The notes under the pieces: generated by a model
The model's database searches: none
What the model saw: only the letters and a program-made list of their open reading frames with translations
Told to the model about the DNA's origin: nothing
Source of the DNA: Diadema antillarum
Lineage: Eukaryota
Direction: 5' to 3'
DNA length: 64,000 nt
Assembly (NCBI RefSeq): GCF_040938485.1
Contig: NW_027273095.1
Coordinates: 1 to 64,000, forward strand
Part shown: positions 1-11,183 of the stretch, one piece after another
Position numbering within the stretch: position 1 is the first letter of the stretch
Layout: every line of letters begins with the position of its first letter
Made by a program: the position numbers and the translations under genes

Positions 1-685
1 AGTAGTACAGTAGTTTGGGGGAAAAGGTTGGTTGTCGTACAAAGTGATTTTTTTTTTTTTATATTCTCTTCATATTTTCTTCATACCAACTAACTACTGG
101 GAAATCAGAAATCATTGTGCCTTTCTTGTCCAGCACTGATAGCACTTAGAATATTGTCAAAACTTTGAAGATTACAAACTTTTGAAATGAATGTGCACAT
201 ATTCTCAAACTTCACTTACAATGTATGTGTATTCTTCCCCAATTATTTTTGCAATCACTGAATCTATGTTTTGGGTATATGTTCCCCTGGGTAGCTCAAA
301 ATGAAAATGTTCACACATCTTGGGAATGATTGAAGTATGGCAGTGATATTTTCATCCACAAAATTATAAGCAGGCAAAGTTTACCTACATTGGCCTGGTT
401 CCTGCTCCCCCCTCCCCCCCCCCCCCCAAAAAAAAAAAAAAAACCTGCATAAAAGTTTCCACTTGTGAAGTACGTACAGCTGAGGCTGTTTTACAGTGCC
501 TAAGACCTCTCTAGTCCATGCTATTCCAGGATCACGACTTTCCTGTGATGTGCGCGAATACCAAGGCTTACTGTAGGATTTGACTGAGGGATGATACATT
601 GTATGTGCATCATTATTTGGTTTACGGTAGTTGCTATTGAGTATGAACACTGTAAATTTCAACTAATTACAAAATGTACATTAAA

Positions 686-903
686 ACCATAAATGTTTGC
701 TTCATTTTGATTTAGCGAATTTCCCGAGAGCCAAGATTTGAGAAATTAAAATGCTTGCAAAAAGTTAAGTCTGCACTACATGTACAGACCTGTATTATGC
801 ATTGAATGCCAGTGATAATTCACAAAAATTTCAGGCTGTGAAAAAAGGCCGCCGGCTCCAATTTGCAGAAATGTCGTGCTGAGAATATTTCTTGCTTTAT
901 GGT
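686..903. mobile_element. Degenerate ~218-bp MITE of the TTTCGCG / TA-flanked family
   Basis: Short terminal IR ACCATAAA...TTTATGGT. Internal blocks (gagagccaagatt..aaattaaaatgc, cattgaatgccagt) are shared with 27293-27504 and, as reverse complement, with 15710-15920. Confidence 0.6.
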
Positions 904-914
904 CCCGTCTTCAC

Positions 915-1127
915 TACTGTAAAAGTGGATATTTTCGCGCAATTGATTTTTCGCGCTTGGCCAGGTAAGAAGAATTTCGCGTGTTTTTTATTCCGCGGAA
1001 TAAAGACATCAGCTACTGAAACATGTGGCATGTGAAAATATTCGTGTGCTTTTATTTTCGCGCTAGCTTCTGGTTGCACGAAATGCGCGAAAATTTCAAC
1101 ACCGCAAAAATTTCCACTTTTACAGTA
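915..1127. mobile_element. 213-bp Tc1/mariner-type MITE
   Basis: TA+CTGTAAAAGTGGA ... TCCACTTTTACAG+TA termini. A closely similar copy of the same length lies at 62637-62849. Confidence 0.85.
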
Positions 1128-2060
1128 TCCAGTAGAAGTCCTGGTTACAGAAGAGTACCAGTACAGGTACAGTGCAAGTTGTCCTGTGTTGAACATTATA
1201 GCTGACTTGCTAGGTAGATTATAATAATGGTTGTTTGGAGGGTTCTTGACAAGGCAATTACAATTTACTTTAATGACCTACTCCCAAGGGCGCCACAGGG
1301 AGGTTGCATAATTTCAAATTATAATGAAGCTTATCAGCCTTCTTATGCAAGTTTTTATTTTCATGTTCGCTCTTTGTAACATGACACTGAAGAGGGAGAT
1401 GATTACCCGAAGGCAGAATGAAACTTGCATTCATGTTAATGTGATTGTAAACTGCAATGCTTTTTCTTTAATACACGTACTGTACATATGTCACATATCC
1501 AGTCATTGTATAAAACGAGAAGTGTTATTTCAATCACTTGCTTCTACAATGAGGGTTTTAATACAAACTTTCACCTGTATATCTTGGGTGTTTTAGCAAT
1601 GCAAATTATCATTGAGGTACAGCTGTATGCCACACTTGGAAGTACAACTACATAATGTAAAGCAAGACATGGAGTGCTAGTGATGTAACATTGCATACGT
1701 GTGATCAAGTGAATCCATCTATGGTATGTGTCTGTGTGTGATATATGTGTTTGTATCCCATATTATTACATTGGTTATTACATATTTATTGAGTATTAAC
1801 ATATAAAAAATCACAGTCTTTTAAAAATGCTTGTATAGAGAGTCATCATAATTGTAAATCTCTCAAAATATTCAGATCTTGCAATCAACCTTCATTGATA
1901 CACTGTAGTAACCAAAGACTTTTGCCCTGCCTTTTGTCTCTTCTATTAAACTGCTACGTAATATGCGAATGTTTTTCACCTTATGGAATCGGAAGGAAAA
2001 TCTGTGTTGAAATGCTGGTATTTAATATGGAATTGTTTTCTTTCTAAATTTCTTTTTCAG

Positions 2061-2295
2061 GTTGCGACAGTTTTCTTGTTAGCTGAGCAGAGCCGTCAGT
2101 TTGTTTGATCCGGAGTGCAACCATACCCAACTGCCATAATGTAGCTCGAACACTGCTCTCGGTTCTTTTTGGTGAGCAGCAGTTGCTCGGGTATTGATAA
2201 GCCAGACATTCTTGCTCTCCTGTTGTGGATGAATATTTCTTGAGACCTTGATTATACAACCTTAAGACGATGGATGCCGCGACACACTTACTAAT
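2061..2295 (+). other. 5' UTR portion of the SAM-like exon (internal exon, acceptor at 2060)
   Basis: Polypyrimidine acceptor tttctaaatttctttttcag|G ends at 2060. An in-frame TAA at 2263-2265 precedes ATG 2296. Confidence 0.55.
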
Positions 2296-2628
2296 ATGAT
2301 GGATTTAAAAGAGGAGGAGGTGGCTGAGGAGGGGGTGGTGTTGCCCCCAGACCCCAGCCCAGCCCCTCCCAAACCCCTGACCCCGTTCCAGCTGTTTTTC
2401 TACCACAATGGACTGGAGTCCTACCTGCGCCACTTCCCCCAGGATTTCACCCTCGGCCACTTCCGGGCCCTGACAGAGGATGATCTGGCGGACGACTACG
2501 GCGTGGCAGAGCTGCCGGACCGCATCCGGCTGATGCGGGCGGTGAACAAAGCGAGGGAGGAGTATGATGATCGGGAGAGGGAACTGGACCGGAGGTCTCA
2601 CCATGGAGGGGGAGAGTCCGAGGGAGAG
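2296..2628 (+). CDS. First coding exon (111 aa) of a protein with an N-terminal SAM (sterile alpha motif)-like domain; downstream exons not securely identified
   Basis: Sharp GC-rich, codon-biased island. Acidic/Pro-rich leader, then FQLFFYHNGLESYLRHF...FRALTEDDLADDYGVAELPDRIRLMRAV, which resembles the SAM helical pattern. Phase-0 donor GAG|GTGAGT at 2629; the ORF-track tail VSVLLKSLLH is intron read-through. Confidence 0.75.
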
Positions 2629-4495
2629 GTGAGTGTCTTGTTGAAATCCTTGCTTCATTGAAGACCGTCGACCAAGACATACATTTTGTAGATTATAAAG
2701 TAGAATGAGAGGGAGAGAAGAGATTGAGAGTGGGCCTGGATATCATTCACAAGAAAATTTGTATTTTCATTTTTACAAGGTAACGTTGCACAGAGGTGAT
2801 TTCTGCTTTCATTATGACAAGAAAAATAACATGTTAACAAAGATTCCGCAACAGTACATGTAGTTATCAAATATTCTTCTTAGCCACTATTAAAATGAGT
2901 TTGACAGCAAAGATACCTGATTCAAAAACCTTGTTTCTGTTTTAAATGTCAAGCATCTGAGAGCAAAAACACAACATGAAGTAATGTTGCAGATCAACCA
3001 CAGTCACAGGTATCAAACCGGTGTGAGCACTGTAATGTTAGTGTTCACCACACCACACATTTCCCATAGCAATGAAATTCACTCTCAGGAATGCAAGATG
3101 GAAGGACACACACTACTTGTAACAGCATTGGAACATTTTAGCATGGGTGAATTGGAAAAGAAATTGTCAACATCCAGAGTGATCATTTTCACTAATTGCT
3201 GTGACTGATGAAAGTACTGGTATTGCAATTTCAGAAGGGCGTGATCAATCTATCAAAAACAGCAACAAAAACAATCATTTCAAGTTTGTTTTGCCACAGA
3301 TTTCTTTTTCTTTTTCAGTGACAGTGATAGTATTACGATTCAGCATAAATGAAAATATCTAAATTATTCAGCATATCTCTGAGTGTGAGATTTATTTGAC
3401 ATCCTACTGTATATGCTTGGTTGTGTCTGTTCAGTTTGCATGTGGTTGCAAGTATATGTTGTGTGGAAGAGGCTGTGAAGACCTGCAAGTATACAGGTGG
3501 TACGTGCATGCACATTTCATATTGTGTGCAAAAGATAAGAGCAATATACATGTAGTTTATAGGGCCTCCACCTCCTGTCTACACTGTACAGATATCTTGA
3601 TATTGTTACATCATTAAAGAAGAGCTTCAAAGTCATGTAAGTTACAGTTTCCTTCAAGCAGTACTGTAGTCCTCCATGCCTTATTACATGACTTTTGGCT
3701 ACAGACATGATTTTGTTCCAGCATTGCTTCCAACTGTAGGACGTAAGCCCTTGTAGGTACCTGTATGCTGCCTGTTTGCATAATTCACGTCCATACTTTT
3801 GTTAAGACCATTGATTATGCGTATATGCCAATATTTGATGCACAATAAAATCAGACTTGGTACAAGATGAGGGGGGGGGGGGGGGGAGAGGGCCTCACGC
3901 CTTGAAGGCAGACTACTCCTCTCTTTCAAAACCCCGAGGATGGTTAATGCCTTGATGAGCATGGGTGTACAAAGGTGCCTATTAATGATGCAGGAAAATA
4001 TTGTGCGTGTACGTGCATCCTCGACACAGCAGTCCAATTAGACCCATTTCCCATGTGTGGTAGCAATTAAGGAAGATGTTAATGCTCTTGTTTACTCTCA
4101 ATTTGACTACCATGTTGCTGAAGTCACGACACAGTAATAAAGAATTTTTCAAATTTTGTGTGGTTTCTGTTATTTTGTTTGGCCAGTAGTATACATGTAG
4201 TAGGTTATGAAATATCTCTCTTGTTGTAGCAGGGCCCTGTGGCATAGGAAGATGCAATCCAAACATAAGTCAGAAAATCAAACATGAGTCACTTGTCAGC
4301 CAATCAGAAGTGAGTATTCAGAGACTTAATACATTCATGTACATTTGATTTTCTGATATATGTTTGATCTTAACTTTTATGCAACAGGCCCCAGGACCGG
4401 CTTTTGCATATTAATAGTTGTAGACAGTGCTCAAAATTCCAGAAAGAAATTGCATGTTGTACACATTGTACTGTTGTGTTCGTACAAAGGGAGTA

Positions 4496-5060
4496 TTAAA
4501 GGGAAGATAAACCCCAAGAGCAATGTGGATTGAGTGAAAGCAGCAACAATAGTAGAACACATCAGTGAAAGTTTGAAGAAAATCGGACAATCGATGCAAA
4601 AGTTATAGATTTTTAAAGTTTGGTGTTGGAACCGCTGGATGAAGAGACTACTACAGGTTATGACGTATGAGTGGACAACAATACCAAGAAAATATAAAGA
4701 AAATTCTACAAAAATCCATTTTTCATGAAAATTACAAATTCCATCAACTTGATATTGACATATGTTAAGGGTAGCAATTATTTCCTCTGGTTTCTGAAAG
4801 CGGTTGGTCCATTACTCTTTCATAATTCTAGAAAAGTGAATTTTGGTTGAATTTCCTTTATATTTTCTTTGTATTGTTGTCCACTCATACGTCATATCCT
4901 CTAGTAGTCTCCTCATCCAGCCGTTCCAACATCAAAACTTTAAAAATTCATAACTTTTGCATCGATTGTCCGATTTTCCTCAAACTTTCACTGATGTGTT
5001 CTACTAATGTTGCTGCTTTCACTCAATCCACATTGCTCTTTGGGTTTACCTTCCCTTTAA
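4496..5060. mobile_element. 565-bp TTAA-flanked fold-back MITE, Kolobok-like
   Basis: TTAA-AGGGAAG...CTTCCCT-TTAA with roughly 220-bp imperfect inverted arms. An inverted-orientation copy lies at 60682-61247. TTAA TSD with RR termini is the Kolobok signature. Confidence 0.85.
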
Positions 5061-6232
5061 AGGGAGCGACCTCAGACAATGGCATGATACATGAATATTT
5101 GCACAATGTGTCATGATATGCCAAGTGATTGATTTTAACACTGGGTGTGATCTTACCTGTCACCTGTCTGATTATGTTCAAGGTGACTGCATGAATATGT
5201 TGGTCAAAATTTAATACGCTGGTAGGCTGTGACAGGAACAAGGCTTATTGTGGATACAGTATCAAAGCATGGCTGACATAATGACATTGACATCAGCGAA
5301 TTCGTATTGTACCAGTGCTGTGGAGTGTCGGGTTGTAATGTCTTGCTTCGATTATTGTAGAACATCGCATTTTTTAAATTTTCAGTTAAAAGCAAAGCGT
5401 CAGTCCACATAGACGCAAAGATATAAATTTTGCAATAATAATAGATTTGAATTGGCACGTACAAGTAGGTATGTTTTGTCATGTTTACATCGCTGAAATC
5501 ATATCGAAATACAAAGAATTTGACCTGGTAGTTGCATGCACAGTGCATTTGCACTGATCATCACTAGTTTGTACTCAGTTGCAAGATATACAGTACAACA
5601 CATCCCACATTTACCCACTATCTTTTCTACCTGTATTTAAATTCAGTGCATATGGTATAAAATATTTTTTATCCATGGTTGTGCTTGAGTACAAGCATTA
5701 AGAATGAAAAACATACAAAATAGTTTGATCAAATTAATGGTGCAATGTTGTGTTTGTAGCTCCATGATTTCTCTCTTAATGCACAAAAAGGTATGTAAGA
5801 CCCTACATGTACAATGTAGACTATTTTGTAGCCATTGGACTCATGTAATGCCTTCTCCCTCTACTTGTATGATAGCCAGTGTGCATAGCCAGGGCTGCAT
5901 TGTCTGCAAACTAGTGCACACTTTGCAATATCCTGCATCTGGTTCACTGAAGGTATTGATCAAGATGATACAACAGGATTAGTGGAGAGTGTGTACTTTT
6001 CTCTCTTTCAAATCAATGCACAGGGCCATTCATACATACATACATGTACATTGTACCACCTTCAGACTCCTGAGTCCCAGAGAAACTGATAGCCTATTGT
6101 TAGTTTTTGTAGCTTGTATACTGTAAGTAGGTTCATTTAGAGACACCAATTTTGTATTATATTTTGGATATAATTTATATGCCATTATTAAAGGAGAGAA
6201 AAAACGACAACTTTGCTTTAATAAAAACCCAG

Positions 6233-7553
6233 TACCGTAAAGTTCCGTGTATAAGACGCACCCGTATATAAGACGCACCCCTAATTTCGGACCTAAAATT
6301 AAAAAAAAAAAAAACACACACGAAAATGTCCACGCAAATATTGCGTGTGTCATACATATTATTTCAGCTCAATATTTCCCTAGAATGCAGCATGTATTTG
6401 CTCTATTTTTCGTTTCCTTTTATATTTTCTTTTAACGGTATTCATCGGGTATCAACAAAATATGGAAGACGCAAAATGCGAGACCTGTCTCGGTACTCAC
6501 TTGCTATTGTTTCGCCTTTCAATCGTGGTACATGTGTCATGCATATCGTACTCATGAGTATACAGTACGATCTTTGCTGTCATACATAGCAGAGGGTGTC
6601 TCGCATATTGACGCATGTCAGACTGGAAGGTTCATCACGAAAAATAAGAAAAACATCAACAAGTGTAGCAGAGGGATCATACGGCAAGACGTACGGTGCG
6701 TACGGTAATTACACTCATGCACTGTTACCAGTAACATGTGTGTCTATTGTACCATGCTTGTATGCACAGTGCTAGCCTTTTGCAAAAGGCAGCTCGCTAT
6801 AATTTCAGCACACGCACACAGAGAGCAATGGACTTGCACACACAGCGCGCAACGGGTTAGCGCGCTTCGATCCGATCGCTGTGTGCACGCGAGTCTATTG
6901 CAAAAGCCTCTCTGCAGCTGCTGCCTTTGCCAAAGGCTTGCTACTAGCTAGCTACAGCACAGTGTAGCTATGCTATCCTAGCCGGTCTCGCACTCGTGAA
7001 ATGAAGAGCAAACGAACGACATGGATACGCATGCATGCTTCACACATCGTTCATATTTACGGTGACATAGTGTCGATCCTACTCCGTATTTTACAGCTTT
7101 TGTCTATGGTCATATTGATACTAGTACATTGATAAGTTTTACAGTATCGGTAATTTAGTAATGATACCTGTACATCGCGTATTCCAGCTACTAGGTTGGC
7201 TGTTGGTAGCTTGGTAGACTGACATCGGTAGCATACAGCAGTGCTGTTACAGCTGTTGTCTATGGCCAGATTGATACATCGTTACTGCACAAGGCCGATG
7301 TAAGTGTATCTCGTATTTGCAGCTTTTGTGGGTGTCCAGATTGAAAGATTGCTCTTTTATCCGTAAGTTCTAGTGATTGCTTACCTTCCAAACGTCGATG
7401 GGCATACATGGCCCCAAGTTGGCCTTATAAAATTGGGTGTACATGACGGATTTTTTTCCTCGATTCGACTGTACCCGTGTATACGACGCACCCCCGATTT
7501 TCAACGTTTTCCGACGAAAAAATAGTGCGTCTTATACACGGAACTTTACGGTA
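6233..7553. mobile_element. 1.32-kb non-autonomous Tc2/pogo-like DNA transposon
   Basis: Perfect 27-bp TIR CCGTAAAGTTCCGTGTATAAGACGCAC (6235-6261 / 7525-7551) with TA on both flanks. Subterminal TATA(A/C)GACGCACCC repeats. No transposase ORF. Confidence 0.9.
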
Positions 7554-10240
7554 GATGTCATGTACAAAAGAAAAGCCAACAGTATAACATGAATGTGAAT
7601 ACATTGTACATGGGACTACAGGTCTGTACACTTTTTTAATGGGGAATTTTATGCTTTAAGAGATGAAATTTCAGTTTGCTGAATTGGTTTTGTGTTATAG
7701 AAGCAATTTTTATTCAAAGAGTGTTGTACAGCTTGCATATTTACCTTTTAGTGTGTAGTATTAGGGCCTATATGTCGAAGGAAAACTAGAATTTGGTAAC
7801 ATGCTTCCTCCATGCACCATGCTGTAGCTTGTTTTCCTTTTCTGACATTGTGTATGTGTATAGGAAAATGTAAATTTCTGTGAATAGAACATCAAATGGA
7901 TGACCTACTTGTACTAACTATAGTACTATGGGCTATGGTACAGGTATACATGTCATTGCAATTCCACAGCAATCGCAGCACTTATGAGAAAAGATTTCTA
8001 CACACAATACATAGAGGCATACCTGCATGCAGCAAGGGTGGATATATCAAAGTGCACATGTGAAGTAATAAAGCTGTGACATGAGATTGTTACATTTGTC
8101 CTGTCTATGTATATAATGTACAACTACGTAGTTAGAAGAATGATCAGAAAAGCGGGGAAAAATTTGCTACAATATTTTTCTTTGACCCTCTACTACTGAG
8201 AGGATGTCATGTAAGTTTGTAACAGCTGTGTACAATGTAGGTAAGGTTTACAAGACCTTTTTAAAAAAAAAATAATCAGGGCATTACTGCTAGAGTATCC
8301 CCCCCCCCCCCCGAAAAAAGGTGATTATATACAATCCATGTCTGTGTTTAGTTTGCTTTGCATTACATCTGTATGACCTTCAAGTTCTTATAACTCTTAT
8401 TCCTTTGTGTTTGTTTAATACAGGGTTAAATATATTGGGGGAATTTCTTTATATTATTTTTTATTCTTTATCATTATTCTGTATTTTTTTTTACACATAA
8501 ATCATTTGGTATAGTTTCCCTTTACATGTCTTTATTACAAAAATATCTGGGTGTTAGAGTATGAGCTTTACCCTGAAGTAAGATGATTTGATGATGTATA
8601 GCTGGTCTGTCTATAGATGATGAAGGTAGCCTGGTAAACAGCATGACAAAGGTTACAATGTATGAAAACCCTGCAGAAATATGCTCCCAGGTATATCTAT
8701 TGATATATGCTGTGAACTGCCTTTTATTCATCAACTGGATCACATTTGGAATCATTGGAATATTCAAGGCTGCACAGTGAACTTTTTATAAAAAGTATGA
8801 ACGTTTGAGTCACACACTTCACAAGCATGCTGGTAATTCTATTCACTGTAGTGTGGATCGATTCGCTGACTCACCATCAAGGCCATACCACCATACTTGA
8901 CATTGACAAGTGCCACTATCATTTCACAAATTATGTGACTATCTGATGCCCCTTCTTGTAATATGAATTTTTAATGAAGTACTTGGTAGTGTCATGTAGA
9001 AGTTAGCCAAGCATAAGCTGTATGTACATACTGTAAGTATTAAGTTTTTGTTTTTGTTTTTGTTTTGTATACAGAAAGTACTGATGATCATACATTGTAG
9101 TTTTTTTAAAAAAGAAATGCCATAGCAGTGGAGAACCAAAGAACCATATGGCTTAAATTGTATTCATCCCTTAATTTTTTATTTCATTTTAAATAAATAC
9201 TTTAATGACATGGTATACTGTGAAGTCATGTCAAAATCAATAAGTAGCCTACATTTGTAGGTAAACTTTCATAATACTGTACCTAGTATTCTAAATTTTA
9301 ATGCCTCCAAGCTGCATTGCAGTGTCTACAAGAAGCAGGCAGGAAGAATTGGGGATAAGAATTGTCACAGTGGGCTTGTACAAGTTTCAAACTTACATTT
9401 GTATTGAAATTTAGATGGATGCATGTCTGAAATGCAAAACGTTCATCTGTTTAACTGTATTTAAGATTTCGAATGTGATGCAATAGAGTTTTGGCATTCA
9501 ACTCTTTGTGGATGTAACGTCAATGTGTATAATGCTTAAAGATGGTGAAATGGATAGATTGAATGCATGGTGTGTCTATGATATGAGAAAGAGTGCTAAA
9601 ACATACAGTCACAGCATATATATAATTTCGATATGTAGTAATGTATGTAGACAATGCAACCATTCAATACCACTACAGTACATACACAATACATTTGTAC
9701 TGTACTCCATTGCCTGTAAAAAGTGTGCCTTTAAATTTACACTGCAACTAAGCTACATTTTTTGTATGGCAGTGCTGAAGGTGATTCAGTTTAAAATGGA
9801 AAGCATACTACTGCAGGTGAAGGACTACAATTGGGTGTGTAGTCTACACAAGAGCACTCACACACATGTATTATGTACATTGTGGTGCAAGGCAAGATTT
9901 GCTCATCCTCATGAACAAATATCTTTATGGGATGCTCGTGTTACTAGTTGAGCCGAAATGAAGAGTGGACAGTGGGTGTATGTGACTCTCGCATCTTACA
10001 TCACCACTTTTCTCCGCCCTATTCGAGTGCTGCTGCGTTATGAAAACAAGTAGCTGCCGAGGTTTTTCCGTGTGGAGAACAAAAGATAGTAATTTGAGAC
10101 CATTGCTTTCTTGCGAAATGTACTCGAGGAAAAATGATGGCATTTTATCAATGGGCTGATGACTAAGTTTCTCAGATTAGAAACAAGCCATTACTGTAAT
10201 TTAGAAGACAATGCTCTATCCCTACAAGGGTTATCATGAC

Positions 10241-10400
10241 CAGGGTTCGAAATTGGCGATGGTCCGCTGGCCATAGGCCACCCGAAATCACGTCGGACTA
10301 GCTAAAAATCGTAAAATTCTGAAGTTACTAGTCTGTCTGGCTAGCCAAAATATTGCTTCAGTGTCAAAATTGATTCTGTCCGCCTGGCTAGTTAAAAAAA
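10241..10400 (+). mobile_element. Possible hAT-like left end (truncated)
   Basis: Begins CAGGGTTCGAAATT, resembling hAT termini, followed by repeated GGCTAG/GACTAG motifs. No matching right TIR or TSD found. Confidence 0.3.
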
Positions 10401-10573
10401 AAGTTAAAGCCCAAACAAAATTCTGGTACGCCTGCAAAAGTTGTCAAATTTTGCTCCAAAATGTGAACGTATGCCTAGGAAATGTGCGGAATAACGCTGT
10501 AATAACAAGATATTCGATGGGTAACGACAAAAATGGGAAATATTAACCAAAAACGTTCAGTCTCAGAACTTAC

Positions 10574-11183
10574 CCGAACGGGGTCAGGCTAGACTCGGAC
10601 TCGGGGATAACTCGGCCTCGCTTTGCTTGACGGCGGGATGAGTTGTATTGGTTGTCCCTCTGGATTGTACAGTGTTGTACTATGCATATGGGAGCGGCCT
10701 GTATAAACTACATTGTAGCGTTCTGGCTACTCGCAGTAATGGTCCGAGTTGTTACAATGCGCGCATCAAAAACCTCTTTGGTGCGCATGCAAAATTAGTG
10801 TGCGCCTCTCAAGCACCTCTAAAAACAATCAAAGACGCTTGATAAACAACAACAAAAACTTCAAAGACCGCGCGTCTCAGCAACTGAGGTGATGTGCGTA
10901 TACTAGTAGGCTTGAGGACCGCGCGCTGTCCATTTGTTTTGTACAGGATTAGCAAGCACTTTCCTGTCTGCTCAGTAAGGCCCGTAGTATTATAGAGTAC
11001 TGATGAACATGGTGATCACAAACTGAAAAATTGTAACTGTAAATTATCTGAAATAGGGTCGAGTTTTCCCTGAGACCAAGTTAGTCTGGAGCCTTCTGGA
11101 ATAAAAGTCGGTCTACCTACTTTTATTATTTTTCTCAAAATACTCCAAAACGACTCATCATTCCGGCAAACCGCGTCAGCCAG
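10574..11183. promoter_or_regulatory. Candidate bidirectional promoter with divergent non-coding first exons
   Basis: CpG-rich island. Minus-strand donor CGG|GTAAGT (intron starts 10573) and plus-strand donor CAG|GTAAGT (intron starts 11184). TGCGCATGC (NRF1-like) at 10782-10790 and two GACCGCGCG copies in between. Confidence 0.45.

Noticed and set aside
2305-2680. Minus-strand ORFs of 117 and 77 aa
   Set aside because: Antisense shadows of the GC-rich SAM-like exon.
5204-5554. 116-aa minus ORF with nearby acceptor- and donor-like sites
   Set aside because: No recognisable domain, and the splice sites do not bracket a consistent open exon.
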